NCBI GenBank assembly: GCA_030390025.1
Contig: CM059432.1
Coordinates: forward strand, 118,360,001 to 118,424,000
Direction: 5' to 3'
Origin: Squalus acanthias
Taxonomy: Eukaryota
DNA length: 64,000 nucleotides
Position 1 is the first letter of the stretch. Each line of letters begins with the position of its first letter. The notes beneath the pieces are model-generated. The model did not search any database. It was not told where the DNA came from and worked only from the letters and a program-made list of their open reading frames with translations. Shown here one piece after another: positions 47,856 to 60,800 of the stretch. The position numbers and the translations under genes are program-made.

Positions 47856-49622
47856 ATTTGGCTGTACCAGGCATGTAAATTGAAAATAATTTTAAAAATA
47901 AATGGTTCTAGTGTTCTCCAGGAGGAATAAAGTGTTAAACAATCATGGTACTGAAATTGCCTGCGGTTTTCCCGCAATGGCAGGGTTAGACTGGAACCTC
48001 AGTGTCGCTGCAAAGTGTTTGCAATGATGCTGAATTTGCAGCCTAATCTTGCAGCCAGGGGTGACATGACTTCAGAGAGAAGTGGTGTGAAACCTCTTCA
48101 AGGAGACTGCCTCCAGCGTGGTGTCAAATCGAGGTTTCAATATGCTCAGGCAAACCCTCCGACTCATTTTGTAAACCTACCTGGAGTTGATTTAAATGTT
48201 TAGAGAGCGCAGCCACTCCCGAATTTTTACATTTTAACTGCAGGGTGAGGAGCTCCGTGTGTCTGCCTATCAGCACATGCACACAGCTAGCTCCTGAGCG
48301 CAGCATTACAGCTTAAGCCAGGCAGTATAAATGGGTACTGACTGGCTGGACCCGATACTTCAGCTATTGGTATCAAACCGACAGCCGCAATATAAAACCA
48401 TAATCAGAAAGCCATCATCTCATGCCTTTCTTTTTCAGTGGAGCCACTTGCAAAATTAAATGACCAAATCACCCCAAGGATAATGAATTCCTGAACTACT
48501 TTTTCAGATGACATCATCAAGGTCCTGCAAAGTCATCTTGCTCGTGGCAAATGTGGGTAGCAATAAATTTTGAAACACAGGGAATGAGTAACTATCACAT
48601 GAGCATAAACTTTAATAGAATCTGTAATTGCCATAGCTCTGTGCTAGACTTTGCAATTGCAATCATAAAATGCTTACAAGATTTCTATGAAGAAATTACT
48701 TTAACTACATAACTATTTGCCAGCAATCAGCACTATTTCATGGTGGGAAGACAGCAGAATTTAACCGCCGATCAATACAAAATGCTGCCTCAGCTATTGG
48801 CTATATTGTGGACACTTGGCACTGTCAGCCCTCATCAGAAAATCTAAAGCAATAAAAGTATAAGAGCAAGATAAACCCTTCAGGGCCAATTATTTGTGGT
48901 ATTCATCCTTCCCTTCATCTCAGGTACAAAAGGCATAGTAATGTACTTGCAGAATAAAAAGCTGTTTGGACTGTCAGGTTATGCAGGAGAAATGGAAAAG
49001 GTGCTGAACTGTCAAAACATCTTTCCATGAACTTGTGCTTTCACTACTTAGGGTTTCAGAACAGATCAGGACACATTAAAAATAATCTACCCTCACTTCT
49101 GCAACAGGGTAGGGGGAGAAATGCCAACTGGAAATAAAACCGTCAGACTCTGCCAAGCGATAAGTTCAGCTCAAACTGTGATGTTAATAAAATGATGTTT
49201 TGCTCTGTTAGAGGGGTAGATTTTACCCCAGGGCGGTGCTGAGACCACTAGGCAATGCGGTAGTTCTGACCACATAATCACACGGGCAGAAGGCCTGGTC
49301 TTATTTGCATGTCATTGGCAGGCTGTCCCGGCATTGAGAGCGCTGACAGGCACTCACTCCGCGCAACTGGGAGTTAGGATTTCCACCTGAGACTGACACT
49401 ATTTAAATAGTGAATGCACCTCTTAAAGAGTAATGTCAAGTCACCCTCGCACAAGTGCCGACTGCTGACTGGAAGCGATTTCAGTGCAATTCTTTCAATG
49501 GCCCTCAGAGGAATAAGTTCTGTTGTTGTATCATGTGATTTTTTTTTTGAACAGTAGCTGTTTGTTCTGTGGCGCCGAGAAGAGTATGTTCTGTTTCTCC
49601 AAATACCTGCAGCATCTGCAGA

Positions 49623-49853
49623 ATGTTGAGGCCAAGAGCTCCACGTTTCCGTGACATCATGGTGAAGGGACTGGTGGAGCAGGTGCAAGAAAGGAGGCAG
49701 GTCCTCTTTCTAAAGGATGGCACCAGAATGCCAAAACACGCAAAGCTGCAGCCCTGGCAGAAGGTTGCTGAGATGGTGAGCACCTGCAGCATTTTCCCGA
49801 GGACATGGCTTCAGTGCAGGAAGAGTTTCAATGAACTGACCAGGACAGCAAAG
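49623..49853 (+). pseudogene. Harbinger Myb/SANT exon 1
   Basis: RAPRFRD...WQKVAEMV...RTWLQCRKSFNELTRTAK, then a GTAAG donor at phase 0, the same position as in the other two copies. Confidence 0.85.
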
Positions 49854-51878
49854 GTAAGATGCAGGTCTTCCTGTCTTCATTTACATAGAATTACATCAAA
49901 TTTACAGAAAGAAGTTGCTCGGCCCAAATTCTGAGCGGTGTAAGTTGGTCTGTTCCAAGGGATATACGAAGGGATTCAGACCTCAATGGCAGGTAGCATC
50001 TGCGCAAATGGTGGTCTGGGTTTCTTTTCTTGCAATGTGGAGGGTTAAAATGGATTGGTGTTGAAGGACTGTAAAAGCAGGGGCGATATAAAGGGGTTGG
50101 TTCGGAGTTGACTTTTATTGCAAGTGCTGATCTATGAGCTGCTGCCTAACAGTGCTGGCTGCTTGCCGTGAAGCTCTTGCTGCAGCTTCTCCTGCATCCT
50201 CTTGCTTCTGAGCCTCTTCTTCTTCCTCCAATGAGGACTCCTCCTCAGCCGTTGCTGGGTCAATGCCTGGCAAGGCAGTTGACAACAATATTTATCGGGG
50301 TTGACAACAATATGGGAGAAGCGATGGGGCTGGTCTTGAAGGAAACCCTTAGATTTATTGAGGTACCTGAAATGCTTTTTCAGCACGCCAGTGGTTTACT
50401 CGATGACTGCCATGGTCCTCCCATGGCTATTGTTCAGTTGGGATGCTTGGGTGCTGGATGGATGTCAGCTATGGCAATAAAGGATAGGCCTTGTCCCCTA
50501 TTAACCATCCTTGGACCTGCTGCTCTTGCTCAGAAAGTGCAGAGATGTTGGACTGATGCAGGATGGACACATCATGGATGCTCCCAAGGTGCCATGCACA
50601 CACCTGCAAGATTCTTAGACGATGGTCATATGCCAGCTGCAAATTGAGAGAGTGGAAACCCTTCCTGCTCATAAAAGGAGCTGGTGGTGCCCTAATTGAC
50701 ACGAGTGCCATCAATAGCAGCCTGGACTTATGGGAACCCAGCAATTGCGGCAAATCCCACTGTTGTGTCATGTTGACTGGCAGTGTCCCTGGGTGAGCAA
50801 GGTACTGGTTTTCCTTATCCAACAGAACATCTGTCATTTGCTTTATGCAGGCACGTGCAAACGACTGGCTCAAAAAAGTGCCATGCCCCCCTTGCTGCAG
50901 CATGGAAGGACCCTGATGAAACTAAATTGAAAGCAATGGTCACTTTGACTGCCACTGGCAGAGAGTGACCAGATGGCAAAGAAGGCTGCAGCTTCTCCTC
51001 CAGTATACAAGCAACAGCCTGACATAGTCATACTCACAGAATCATACCTTTCAGCCAATGTCCCAGACTCCTCTATCACTATCCCTGGGTATGTCCTGTC
51101 CCACCAGCAGGACAGACCCACCAGGGTTGGCAGCACAGTGGTATACAGTCGGGAGGGAGTGACCCTGGGAGTCCTCAACATTGACTCTGGACCCCATGAA
51201 GTCCCATGGCTTCAGGTCAAGCATGGGCAAGGAAACCTCCTGCTGATTATCACCTACCGCCCTCCCTCAGCTGATGAATCAGTACTCCTCCATCTTGAAC
51301 ACCACTTGGAAGAAGCACTGAGAGTATCAAGGGCACAGAATGTACTCTGGGTGGGGGACTTCAATGTCCATCACCAAGAGTGGCTCGTAGCACCACTACT
51401 GACCGAGCTGGCCGAGTCCTGAAGGACATAACTGCCAGGCTGGGCCTGCAGCATGCGGCGAGAAAACCGCAAGGGAAAAACCTACTTGACCTCATCCTCA
51501 CCAATCTACCTGTCACAGATGCATCTGTCCATGACAGCATTGGTAGCAGTGACCACCGCACAGTCATTGTGAAGATGAGGTCCTGACTTCACACTGAGGA
51601 CACCCTCCATCGTGTTGTGTGGCACTACCACCATGCTAAATGGGATAGATTCAGAACAGATCTAGCAGCTCAAAACTGGGCATCCATGAGGTGCTGTGGG
51701 CCATCAGCAGCAGCAGAATTGTATTCCACCACAATATGTAACCTCATGGTCCAGCATATCCCTCACTCTACTACTACTTTCAAGCCAGGGGACCAACCCT
51801 GGTTCAATGAGGAGTGCAGAAGAACATGTCAGGAGCAGCACCAGGCGTACCTAAAAATGAGGTGCCAACCTGGGGAAG

Positions 51879-54026
51879 ATGCAACACAGGACTACATGCA
51901 ATGCTAAACAGCAGAAACAGTATGACAGAGCTAAACAATCCCACAATCAACGGATCAGATCAAAGCTCTGCAGTCCTGCCACATCCAGTCATAAATGGTG
52001 GTGGACCATTAAACGACTAACGGGAGGAGGAGGCTTCATGAATATCTGGCATAAAAGGAAATCTAAAAAGGTGACTCAACCGTGGATAACAGGGGAAATT
52101 GGAGACAGCATAAAATCCAAAGATAGGGCATATAAAATAGGCAAAAAAAGCGCCAGAGCGGAAGATTGGGAACAGTTTAAGATAGAGCAAAGGAGGACAA
52201 AGGGCTTAATCAAGAGGGGCAAAATAGCTTACGAAAGCAAGCTGGCGGAAAATATAAAAACTAACTCCAAAAGCTTTTATAAGTATATCAAGAGGAAAAG
52301 ACTGGTGAAAACCAAAGTTGGCCCATTGCAGTCAGATACGGGGGAATATATAACGGGAAATAAAGAAATGGCAGACCAACTAAATGCATACTTTGGGTCA
52401 GTCTTTACGAAGGAAGACACAAAAAACCTCCCTGGGATATCGGGAAAAATAGGGACATTTGCAAAGGAGGAACTGACGCAAGTCAATATCTCTAAGGATA
52501 TGGTGTTAAGGAAGCTAAAGGGATTGAAGGCGGACAAATCCCCAGGGCCTGATAACATGCATCCTAGGGTGCTGAAGGAGGTGGCCCTAGAGATAGCGGA
52601 TGCACTAAGTATGATTTTTCAGAATTCATTAGACTCGGGAACAGTGCCCATGGATTGGAGGGTAGCTAACGTTACCCCACTATTCAAAAAGGGGGGTAGG
52701 GAAAAAGCAGGTAATTACAGACCTGTAAGCCTTACATCAGTTGTGGGCAAAATGCTGGAGTCCATCATTAAGGATGAAATAGCGGAGCACTTAGCAAATG
52801 GGGACAGGATAGGACAGAGTCAACATGGATTTACAAAGGGTAAATCGTGCTTGACTAATCTATTGGAATTTTTTGAGGGAGTAATTGGTAAAATAGATGG
52901 GGGAGAGCCAGTAGATGTGGTGTACCTGGACTTCCAAAAGGCCTTCGATAAGGTCCCACATAAAAGATTAGCAGGGAAAATTGAAGCTCATGGGATAAAG
53001 GGGAAAGTATTGACGTGGATAGAGAACTGGCTGTCAGATAGAAAACAGAGAGTTGGAATAAACGGCTCATTTTCTGAATGGCAGGCAGTAACAAGTGGGG
53101 TACCACAGGGATCTGTCCTGGGTCCCCAGCTGTTCACAATTTACATTAATGACCTGGATCAGGGAGTCGGATGCAGCATTTCCAAATTTGCAGACGACAC
53201 TAAACTAGGAGGGGGGGTGGGCTCAGAGGAGGAGACCAGGAAGCTCCAGAGCGATTTGGACAGACTGGGTGATTGGGCGGATAAATGGCAGATGCACTAT
53301 AATGTGGACAAGTGCGAAGTTATCCACCTTGGGTGCAGGAACGGGAGGGCAAATTATTATTTAAATGGCAATAAATTGGGAGAGGGGGAAGTACAGAGAG
53401 ACCTGGGTATTCTTGTACACCAGTCACTGAAGGCGAGCATGCAGGTGCAACAGGCGGTCAAGAAGGCAAACGGTATGCTGGCCTTCATAGCAAAAGGGTT
53501 GGAATACAGGAACAGGGATACCTTGCTGCAGCTGTACAGGGCACTGGTGAGACCACACCTCGAGTACTGTGTACAGTTTTGGTCGCCTCATCTGAGGAAA
53601 GATGTTCTTGCCATGGAGGGGGTGCAGCGGCGATTCACCAGGCTGATACCAGGAATGGCGGGATTGACCTATGAGGAGAGACTATGTAGTTTAGGTATGT
53701 ACACACTGGAGTTTAGAAGATTGAGAGGGGACCTCATAGAAGTGTATAAAATTCTGACAGGTCTAGACAGACTAGATGCAGAAGGAATGTTTCCCTTGGC
53801 GGGTGAGAACAGAACTAGAGGACATAATTTAAGGATAAGGGCTGAACCATTTAGGACAGAAATGAGGGGGAATTTCTTCACTCAGAGGGTGGTGAACCTG
53901 TGGAACTCATTGCCACAGAGGGCAGTGTACGCCAGCTCATTAAATATATTTAAGAGGGAATTAGATATATTTCTACAGGCAAAAGGGGTTAAGGGTTATG
54001 GAGAGAAGGCGGGGACGGGATACTGA
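51879..54026 (+). CDS. Chimeric 715-aa ORF: family B linker fused in frame to an uninterrupted CR1 RT (no endonuclease)
   Basis: ...KWWWTIKRLTGGGGFMNI (host) joins WHKRKSKKVTQPW (CR1). QHGF, GVPQGSVLGP and FADD are intact. Expression is not shown. Confidence 0.6.
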   Translation: MQHRTTCNAKQQKQYDRAKQSHNQRIRSKLCSPATSSHKWWWTIKRLTGGGGFMNIWHKRKSKKVTQPWITGEIGDSIKSKDRAYKIGKKSARAEDWEQFKIEQRRTKGLIKRGKIAYESKLAENIKTNSKSFYKYIKRKRLVKTKVGPLQSDTGEYITGNKEMADQLNAYFGSVFTKEDTKNLPGISGKIGTFAKEELTQVNISKDMVLRKLKGLKADKSPGPDNMHPRVLKEVALEIADALSMIFQNSLDSGTVPMDWRVANVTPLFKKGGREKAGNYRPVSLTSVVGKMLESIIKDEIAEHLANGDRIGQSQHGFTKGKSCLTNLLEFFEGVIGKIDGGEPVDVVYLDFQKAFDKVPHKRLAGKIEAHGIKGKVLTWIENWLSDRKQRVGINGSFSEWQAVTSGVPQGSVLGPQLFTIYINDLDQGVGCSISKFADDTKLGGGVGSEEETRKLQSDLDRLGDWADKWQMHYNVDKCEVIHLGCRNGRANYYLNGNKLGEGEVQRDLGILVHQSLKASMQVQQAVKKANGMLAFIAKGLEYRNRDTLLQLYRALVRPHLEYCVQFWSPHLRKDVLAMEGVQRRFTRLIPGMAGLTYEERLCSLGMYTLEFRRLRGDLIEVYKILTGLDRLDAEGMFPLAGENRTRGHNLRIRAEPFRTEMRGNFFTQRVVNLWNSLPQRAVYASSLNIFKRELDIFLQAKGVKGYGEKAGTGY

Positions 54027-54121
54027 ATTGGAGGATCAGCCATGATCTCATTAAATGGCGGAGCAGGTTCGAAGGGCCGGATGGCCTACTCCTGCTCCTA
54101 TCTTCTATGTATGTATCTATG
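52047..54121 (+). mobile_element. Young CR1 LINE nested in LINE family B
   Basis: TATC is duplicated at 52043-52046 and 54122-54125. RT is open to 54026. TATCTATG tail. Confidence 0.95.
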
Positions 54122-56596
54122 TATCCCCATCCTCAATGATGGTGGAGCCCAGCACGTGAGTGCAAAAGACAAGGCTGAAGCATTTGCAACCATCTTCAGC
54201 CAGAAGTGCCCAGTGGATGATCTATCTCAGCCTCCTCCCGAGGTCCCCACCACCACAGAAGTCAGTCTTCAGCCAATAAAATTCACTCCATGTGATATCA
54301 AGAAATGACTGAGCGAACTGGATACAGCAAAGGCTATGGGCCCCGACAACATCCCGGCTGTCGTGCTGAAGACTTGTGTGCCGGAACCAGTCGCGCCTCT
54401 AGCCAAGCTGTTCCAGTACAGCTACAATAATGTGGAAAACTGTCCACGTATATCCTGTCCACAAAAAGCAGGACAAATCCAATCCGTCCAATTATCAGTC
54501 ACTTTCAATCATCAGCAAAGTGATGGAAGGTGTCGTCGACAGTGCTATCAAGCGGCACTTACTCACCAATAAACTGCTCACCAATGCTCAGTTTGGGTTC
54601 TGCTAGGACCACTCGGATCCAGACCTCATTACAGCCTTGGTCCAAACATGGACAAAGGAGCTGAATTCCAGAGGTGAGGTGAGAGTGACTGCCCTTGACA
54701 TCAAGGCAGCATTTGACCGGGTGTGGCATCAAGGAGCCCCAGTAAAACTGAAGTCAATGGGAATCGGGGGGAAAACTCTCCACTGGCTGGAGTCCTACCT
54801 AGCACAAAGGAAGATGGTTGTGGTTGTTGGAGGTCAATCATCACAGCCCCAGGTCATCGCAGAAGGAGTTCCTCAGGGCAGTGTTCCAGGACAAACCATC
54901 TTCAGCTGTTTCATCAATGAACTTCCCTCCATCATAAGGTCAGAAGTGGGGATGTTCGTTGATGACTGCACAGTGTTCAGTGCCATTCACAAGTCCTCTG
55001 AAAATGAAGCAGTCCATGCCCGCATGCAGCAAGACCTGGACGACATTCAGGCTTGGGCTGATAAGTGGCATGTAAAATTCGCACCACACAAGTGCCAGGC
55101 AATGACTATCTCCAACAAGCGAGAGTCTAACCACCACCCATTGACAGTCAACAGCATTACCATTGCCAAATTTCCTCACCATCAACATCCTGGGGGTCAT
55201 CATTGGCCAGAAACTTAACTGGACGAGCCACATAAATACTGTGGCAACAAAAGCAGGCCAGAGGCTAGGTATTCTGCGGCAAGTGTCTCACCTCCTGACT
55301 CCCCAAAGCATTTCCACTATCTACAAGGAACAAGTAAGGAGTGTGATGCAATACTCTCCACTTGCCTAGATGAGTGCAGCTCCAACAACACTCAAGGAGC
55401 TCGACACCATCCAGGATAAAGCAGCCCACTTGATTGGCATCCCATCTACCATCTTAAACATTCACTCCCTCCACCACCAGCATACCGTGGCTGCAGTTTG
55501 TACCATCTACAGGATGCACTGTAGCAACTCACCAAGGCTTCTTCGGCAACACCTTCCAACCCGCGACCTCTACCACCTAGAAGGACAAGGGCAGCAGGCG
55601 CATGGGAACACCACCACCTCCAAGTTCCCCTCCAAGTCACACACCATCCTGACTGAGAAGTATATCGCCGATCCTTTATCGTCTCAGGGTCAAAATCCTG
55701 GAACTCCCTCCCTAACAGCACTGTGGGAGTACCTTCACCACACGGACTGCAGCGGTTCAAGAAGGCGGCTCACCACCACCTTCTCAAGGACAATTAGGCA
55801 TGGGCAATAAATGTTGGCCTTGCCAGTGACACCCACATCCCATGAACGAATAAAAACAATACTGTCTGGCAGGAAAACCTGAGCCTCCATACACATTGCT
55901 CCTTGGCGAGCTCCGGTTAACTGGTTCTGAGTCTATAGACCCTATGTTGAGGGTAGGGTTGACTGCACACACTACTCTCTTATGTGCTGCTCTGACAGGA
56001 CCTGCTGCAGCTCCAGCATGCTCTCTTTGCTGCTCCTGCTCCTGGTGCTGGTGCTACTGCTCTTCTTGCTCCTCTTCTGCCCACAATTGGGTTGCTAGAA
56101 TGATTCCCATTTGTCCTCTCCTCACTCAAGCTCCCTAAAGGCAAAGAATGAATTCTGACAAGAATTGCCAAAAAACCGCAGTCTGGCAATCATTAATGAA
56201 ATTGCAAATCATTCCACAGCACTGAAATCTCAACATCGGCAGAAGTACTGACCCGTTTTCTCTGCAGCAGCTTTAAATACCATTCCTAAGTGCCGATTCC
56301 ATCCTTCATCGCCAAGGGTCGAGGGTCGGGCCCACCCCTTGGGCCCTACTTCTGATTTGGCACCCAAAAATTGCATCGGGGTCTTAATGCCGATTTTAAT
56401 ATCACTATTAGTCTTGTACTGTGTCCAGGCAGCCGCCCAGGCCGCCTAGTTTAAGGACCTGGAAAAATGTCGGCAGCAGCACTGTCAATGGAAGCGGGGT
56501 GGGAAGTCTTTCCTCGCGATTTTTGGGGCCCCAATTCCTTATATTCTCCGGGGGCCATCCTTGAAAATTTAGCACAGGGTTTGTAAGAAAATACCT

Positions 56597-56733
56597 TGTA
56601 ATGTATTATCACATGGTCTGTCACATGGTTTAGTATGAGCATGCTCAGTTCGCTCTGGCCTAATAAAGCAAGCACATGGACCAGCAATTCATTGTGTCTC
56701 TATACTTCCTTTGTTCTACCCACATATGTTACA
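56597..56733 (+). repeat. 5' LTR
   Basis: TGTAA...TTACA with an internal AATAAA. Confidence 0.9.
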
Positions 56734-56788
56734 ATTTAGCAATGAAGATGGGACCCCAAAATCATTTTTAGGGATCCTGAAAGACACA

Positions 56789-57677
56789 GGGGGAAAAATT
56801 CAGTTGGTTGCGCCTCCCGTTAGCGCCTTAAGAGGGCGCTAATGGGGCGCAAAACAACTAGCGCCTGGGCGCGGCGATGTTTGCGCCGCTCGCAAAATGA
56901 ATTAGACATTTTGCGGCGGTGCTAAACACTACCGCCATGATCTCCTGCGCCGGCAGATCGTGACGTCAGTCGAGTGCGCAACGCCCGGTAGCGCCCTGGA
57001 GCGGATATTGAGTGGCGCCCCTGCCTTACCGCCTGCCGCTAGGAACGACAGGTTGAGGGGAGCGTTTTGCAGTCAGGAAGGGACTGGGGGAGCGCTATTT
57101 AAAGGCGACCGCTGCCTGCCTTTTTTTGTTGGTGACATTTTTGAACCACGCATTCTGAGAGAGAGAGAGAGACTTCTGGAGAGATTCAACGCTGTGTGAA
57201 GGAGTTTTGTGTACTGAGCAGCACTTTGCAGATTCATTTTGATTTGCCCTTCCTTGTATCAATTTAGAAGAGAGTGTGGGGGTTGCACTCTGAGCTCTTT
57301 CCCTGGGCCTCTCCATTGTTCTTTCCAGCAGATTTGATGTACAGGTCTCTCCAGGCCGAGATTCAAGGCTGCAATGAGCAGGATGTGGATGGAAAGCAAG
57401 ATCAACCCACCCCTTTAAGAACTGGCTGGCGCCATTGTGTCTGTGTTCCATTGCTGACTGACATCACATGAGCTTCACCAGCGCTCTGAGTTAGCGCCTC
57501 GCTCCTCAGCCTTTGCGCCTTAAGACAGATGTGTAGCACCTGATTTAGCGCTCCAATCACCTCCAGGGGCGATAAAACTCAAGTTTGCAGTCGGAGGCGA
57601 TAATTAGCGCCAGGTGCTAATTTTTTCACCCGGCCGATAATTGCGCCCCAAACGGGGTGATACTGAATTTTTCCCCC
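56789..57677. mobile_element. Harbinger-type MITE, copy 2 (889 bp), in the Gypsy leader
   Basis: Perfect TIRs GGGGGAAAAATTCAG / CTGAATTTTTCCCCC with TSD ACA. Confidence 0.9.
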
Positions 57678-57863
57678 ACAGTGTTCAACCTTCGAGTGGA
57701 AAATTTTAAGTTGAATTTGTGACACCTAACCTGAATTTTTGCGATGTTTTACCATTAATGGAAATGCAGAATTGTTTATGCTCCACTTTCGCATCTATAT
57801 ATACACAGCAATAGTGGTGTTGATTCTCACATGTACACAGGTAGTGTGCTGAGTCACTCTTTG

Positions 57864-60800
57864 ATGGGACCGGGACAATCACGGTCGCGCCTACGAGATT
57901 CATCGGAAGCCTCGGCATGTTTGACCGAGCTCGCGAACCATTCAGTTCTTACATTGAGCGGATGGAGATGTTTTTTAGGGCCAATAAGATTATTAGACCG
58001 AAGGTGCAGACGAGAATGTTCAAGCGCAAAATAAAATAATTCGTGAACGGAAGAAAGCAATTTTTCTAACCGAGATGAGGCCAGATATCTACGAAACATT
58101 GACAAACCTACTCGCGCTAGGGAAGTGAAGGATGCGTTGTTTGAAGACATTGTCAAGAACTTCGGGGACCATTTTGATGCAAAGCCATTAGAAATAGCAG
58201 AGAGCTATAAGTTTTGCACCAGAAACCAAAAACAAAGTGAAACCATCAGTGAGTACATTGTAGCTCTTAAGAATCTGTCTTTGCATTGTAACTTCGGCAC
58301 ATTTTTGGATTGTGCATTGTGAGATAAGTTTGTGTGTGGACTGGTGGATGAGCGCACACAGTCCAAGTTACTGAACACTCCGAACCTAACGTTTGACATA
58401 GCATGCAAAATTGCCAAATCTATGGAGTTGGCATCTAAGAATGCGAGGGAGCTCCGTCCAACTCAAGTGACTAGTGCAGCTGAGGTCTACAGTCTCAAAG
58501 CCACCGCCAAACTGAACGCTGTGCAACCAAGTCAAAAGCATGTCGGTGAGAGCAGTTCAGTGAATTGTTATCGCTGCAATGGAAATCACTCACCACAGTC
58601 CTGCCAATACAAAAATGCGAAGTGTTTTCACTGCCAGAAGCAAGGCCATATTTCAACACCTTGCAGAGCTAGATTGAAAGCAGGCAGTAAGAACCATTCT
58701 AGTGCCAATGCAAAGCAGCAACAACAAAAGGGAGGAGTTCACAATATTGAAGTGAACACACCTGATATTGAAGAACTAGGCATCTACAGTATCTGTGCCA
58801 CTAGCGGCAATGCTGGCGGTCATGAAAAAGTCTTCCGTACAAAACTTTTGATCAACGAGCAATTTATTGATATGTATATCGACACAGCAACGGACTGTTC
58901 TATCATGAGTAAGGACACATACGAGAGTAAGTTTATTCAAGTACCGTAGAGTTAAAAACCTACTCCAGAGAAATCCTAGAGACATGTAGACAAATGGAAT
59001 GTAGAGTTCAACACAATAGCCAGTCAGTAAAGCTGTCAAATATTGCAGTGAGCTACAACAACAGGCCAACCCTCATGGGCAAAGACTGGTTGAGAAAGTT
59101 AAAACTAGACTGGAAAAACATCTTCAGTGTAAATGCTTCAAAGAAGCGACTCAACACAATGCTGAACAAGTACGAAAGCAAGTTCACAGACAGTTATGAG
59201 GCCATCACTGGGCATGATGCGGATATCCGCATCAAGTCCAACGCTAAGCCTGTCTATTGTAAGGTAAGGCCAGTCCCCTATGCATTAAAAAGTCAAGTGG
59301 AGGAAGAGCTAGCGAAGCTCAGAGAGAACTGAGTGCCAGTAAAAACTGACAAAAGTGAATGGGTTACCCCGATCATGGTAGAACCCAAAGCAGACAAAAC
59401 TGTATGCTTGTGCAGTGACTACAAAGTTACTATCAGCCAAGCATTTGACGATGAGCATTACCCGTTACCTACATCGCAAAATTTGTATGCAGCACTCTCT
59501 GGGTCAATGGTTTTCTCCAAGCTTGACCTGTCGCACGCTTACGCTCATCTGAATGTTGACAAAGAGAGCCAACAGTATCTCACTATCAACACACACAAGG
59601 GACTGTACTCATACACCAAGCTGCCGTATGGTGTAAAGTCCTCCCCCAAAATCTTCCAGGCTACGATGGATAAGATTTTGCAAGGAGTTCCAAATTGCTT
59701 ATGCAATCAAGGTGATGTGCTTATCGCAACAAGCAGTGAAGAAGAAAATCTAGAAATGTTAGATTTAGTGCTTCAAAGGTTAAATGTCCACAATGCCAAA
59801 TTGAAAAGGAGCAAATGTGCTTTTATGCAGCCTGAGGTTGTGTACCTTTGTCTGAAAGTTGATGCAAATGGCTTGCAACCAGTTAAGGAAAAGATTGATG
59901 CTGTCATCAATGCTCCAAAGCCACAGAACGTGTCTGAGTTAAGATCTTTCCTTGGAATGGTCCAGTACTATGCACATTTCTTACCTGAGTTAGCAACCAT
60001 GTTAGCTCCATTGCACGAGCTCTTCAAGAAGGATGTCGAGTGGAAATGGACGGAAGTGCAACAGGAAACTTACGACGCTTGTAAGAGAAGTCTCTCTAGC
60101 GATGCTCTACTTGTGCACTACGACACAGAGCGTGAGCTTAAGTTAGATTGTGATGCTTCCAGCTACAGTGTGGGAGCTGTCATAAGCCACGTCATGGATG
60201 ACGGCCAAGAGAAATCGCATTCGCATCGCGAACCCTCACAAAGAGCAAAAGAAACTATGCACAAATTGAAAAGGAAGCACTTGCCATAGTGTTTGGAATC
60301 AAGAAATTCCAACAGTTCCTGATCAGCAGAAAGTTTACCCGTTCCTAGCAATATTGGGGCCCAAATTTGCCATCCCTGCAATGGCCGCATCAAGAATACA
60401 ACGTTGGGCAGTGTTGTTGTCACAGTATGACTACACGATTGAATATCGCACTTCAAAGCAGAATGCAATCGCAGATGCCTTGTCCAGGTTGCCACATGAG
60501 GACTCGTGTGTTGGGAGTGAAGGTGCGATTTTCACGCTAGGTGCAGTTGACAAAGACTTTCCAGTGAATGCAACTGAGATTGCAGATGAGACTCAAAAGG
60601 ACTCATTACTGAAGTGAGTGTATGAAAACACCTTGAATGGATGGACAGATCAGTGTATGGACACAGAATTAAAGCCATTCCATAACCGTTGTACTGAATT
60701 TTCCTGTGAGCAAGGTTGTATCAAGTGGGGAAACAGAGTGGTGGTTCCTACTTCTTTGAGAGATAGAATTCTGGCTGAACTTCATACTGAACATCCAGGG

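Larger units (their letters stand above)
51009..55857 (+). mobile_element. LINE family B, near-complete decayed ORF2 (APE + RT), inserted in the transposase
   Basis: PDIVILTESYL, GDFNVHH, SSDH, KAMGPDNIP, DIKAAFDRVWH, MFVDDC and the 3' tail at ~55795-55857. Confidence 0.9.
50132..56110 (-). pseudogene. HARBI1-like DDE transposase in two parts (55860-56110 and 50132-51009)
   Basis: PYPQHRVYR...EQC..RLRFS (55860-55950), LPVAVKVT...SGSF (~50905-50965), RKGFHSLNLQL..D, GSIHD, GWLIGDKAYPL and GVLKKHFRYL. Confidence 0.85.
49213..56575. mobile_element. Decayed two-gene PIF/Harbinger transposon, split by nested LINEs
   Basis: Myb exon 1 (+) converges on a HARBI1-like transposase (-). Left end is GGGGTAGATTTT. 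The right end AAAATTTAGCAC is only a degenerate match. Confidence 0.65.

Noticed and set aside
47515..47874. Tyr/Ile-rich ORF
   Set aside because: It is a translation of the AT-rich tandem repeat.
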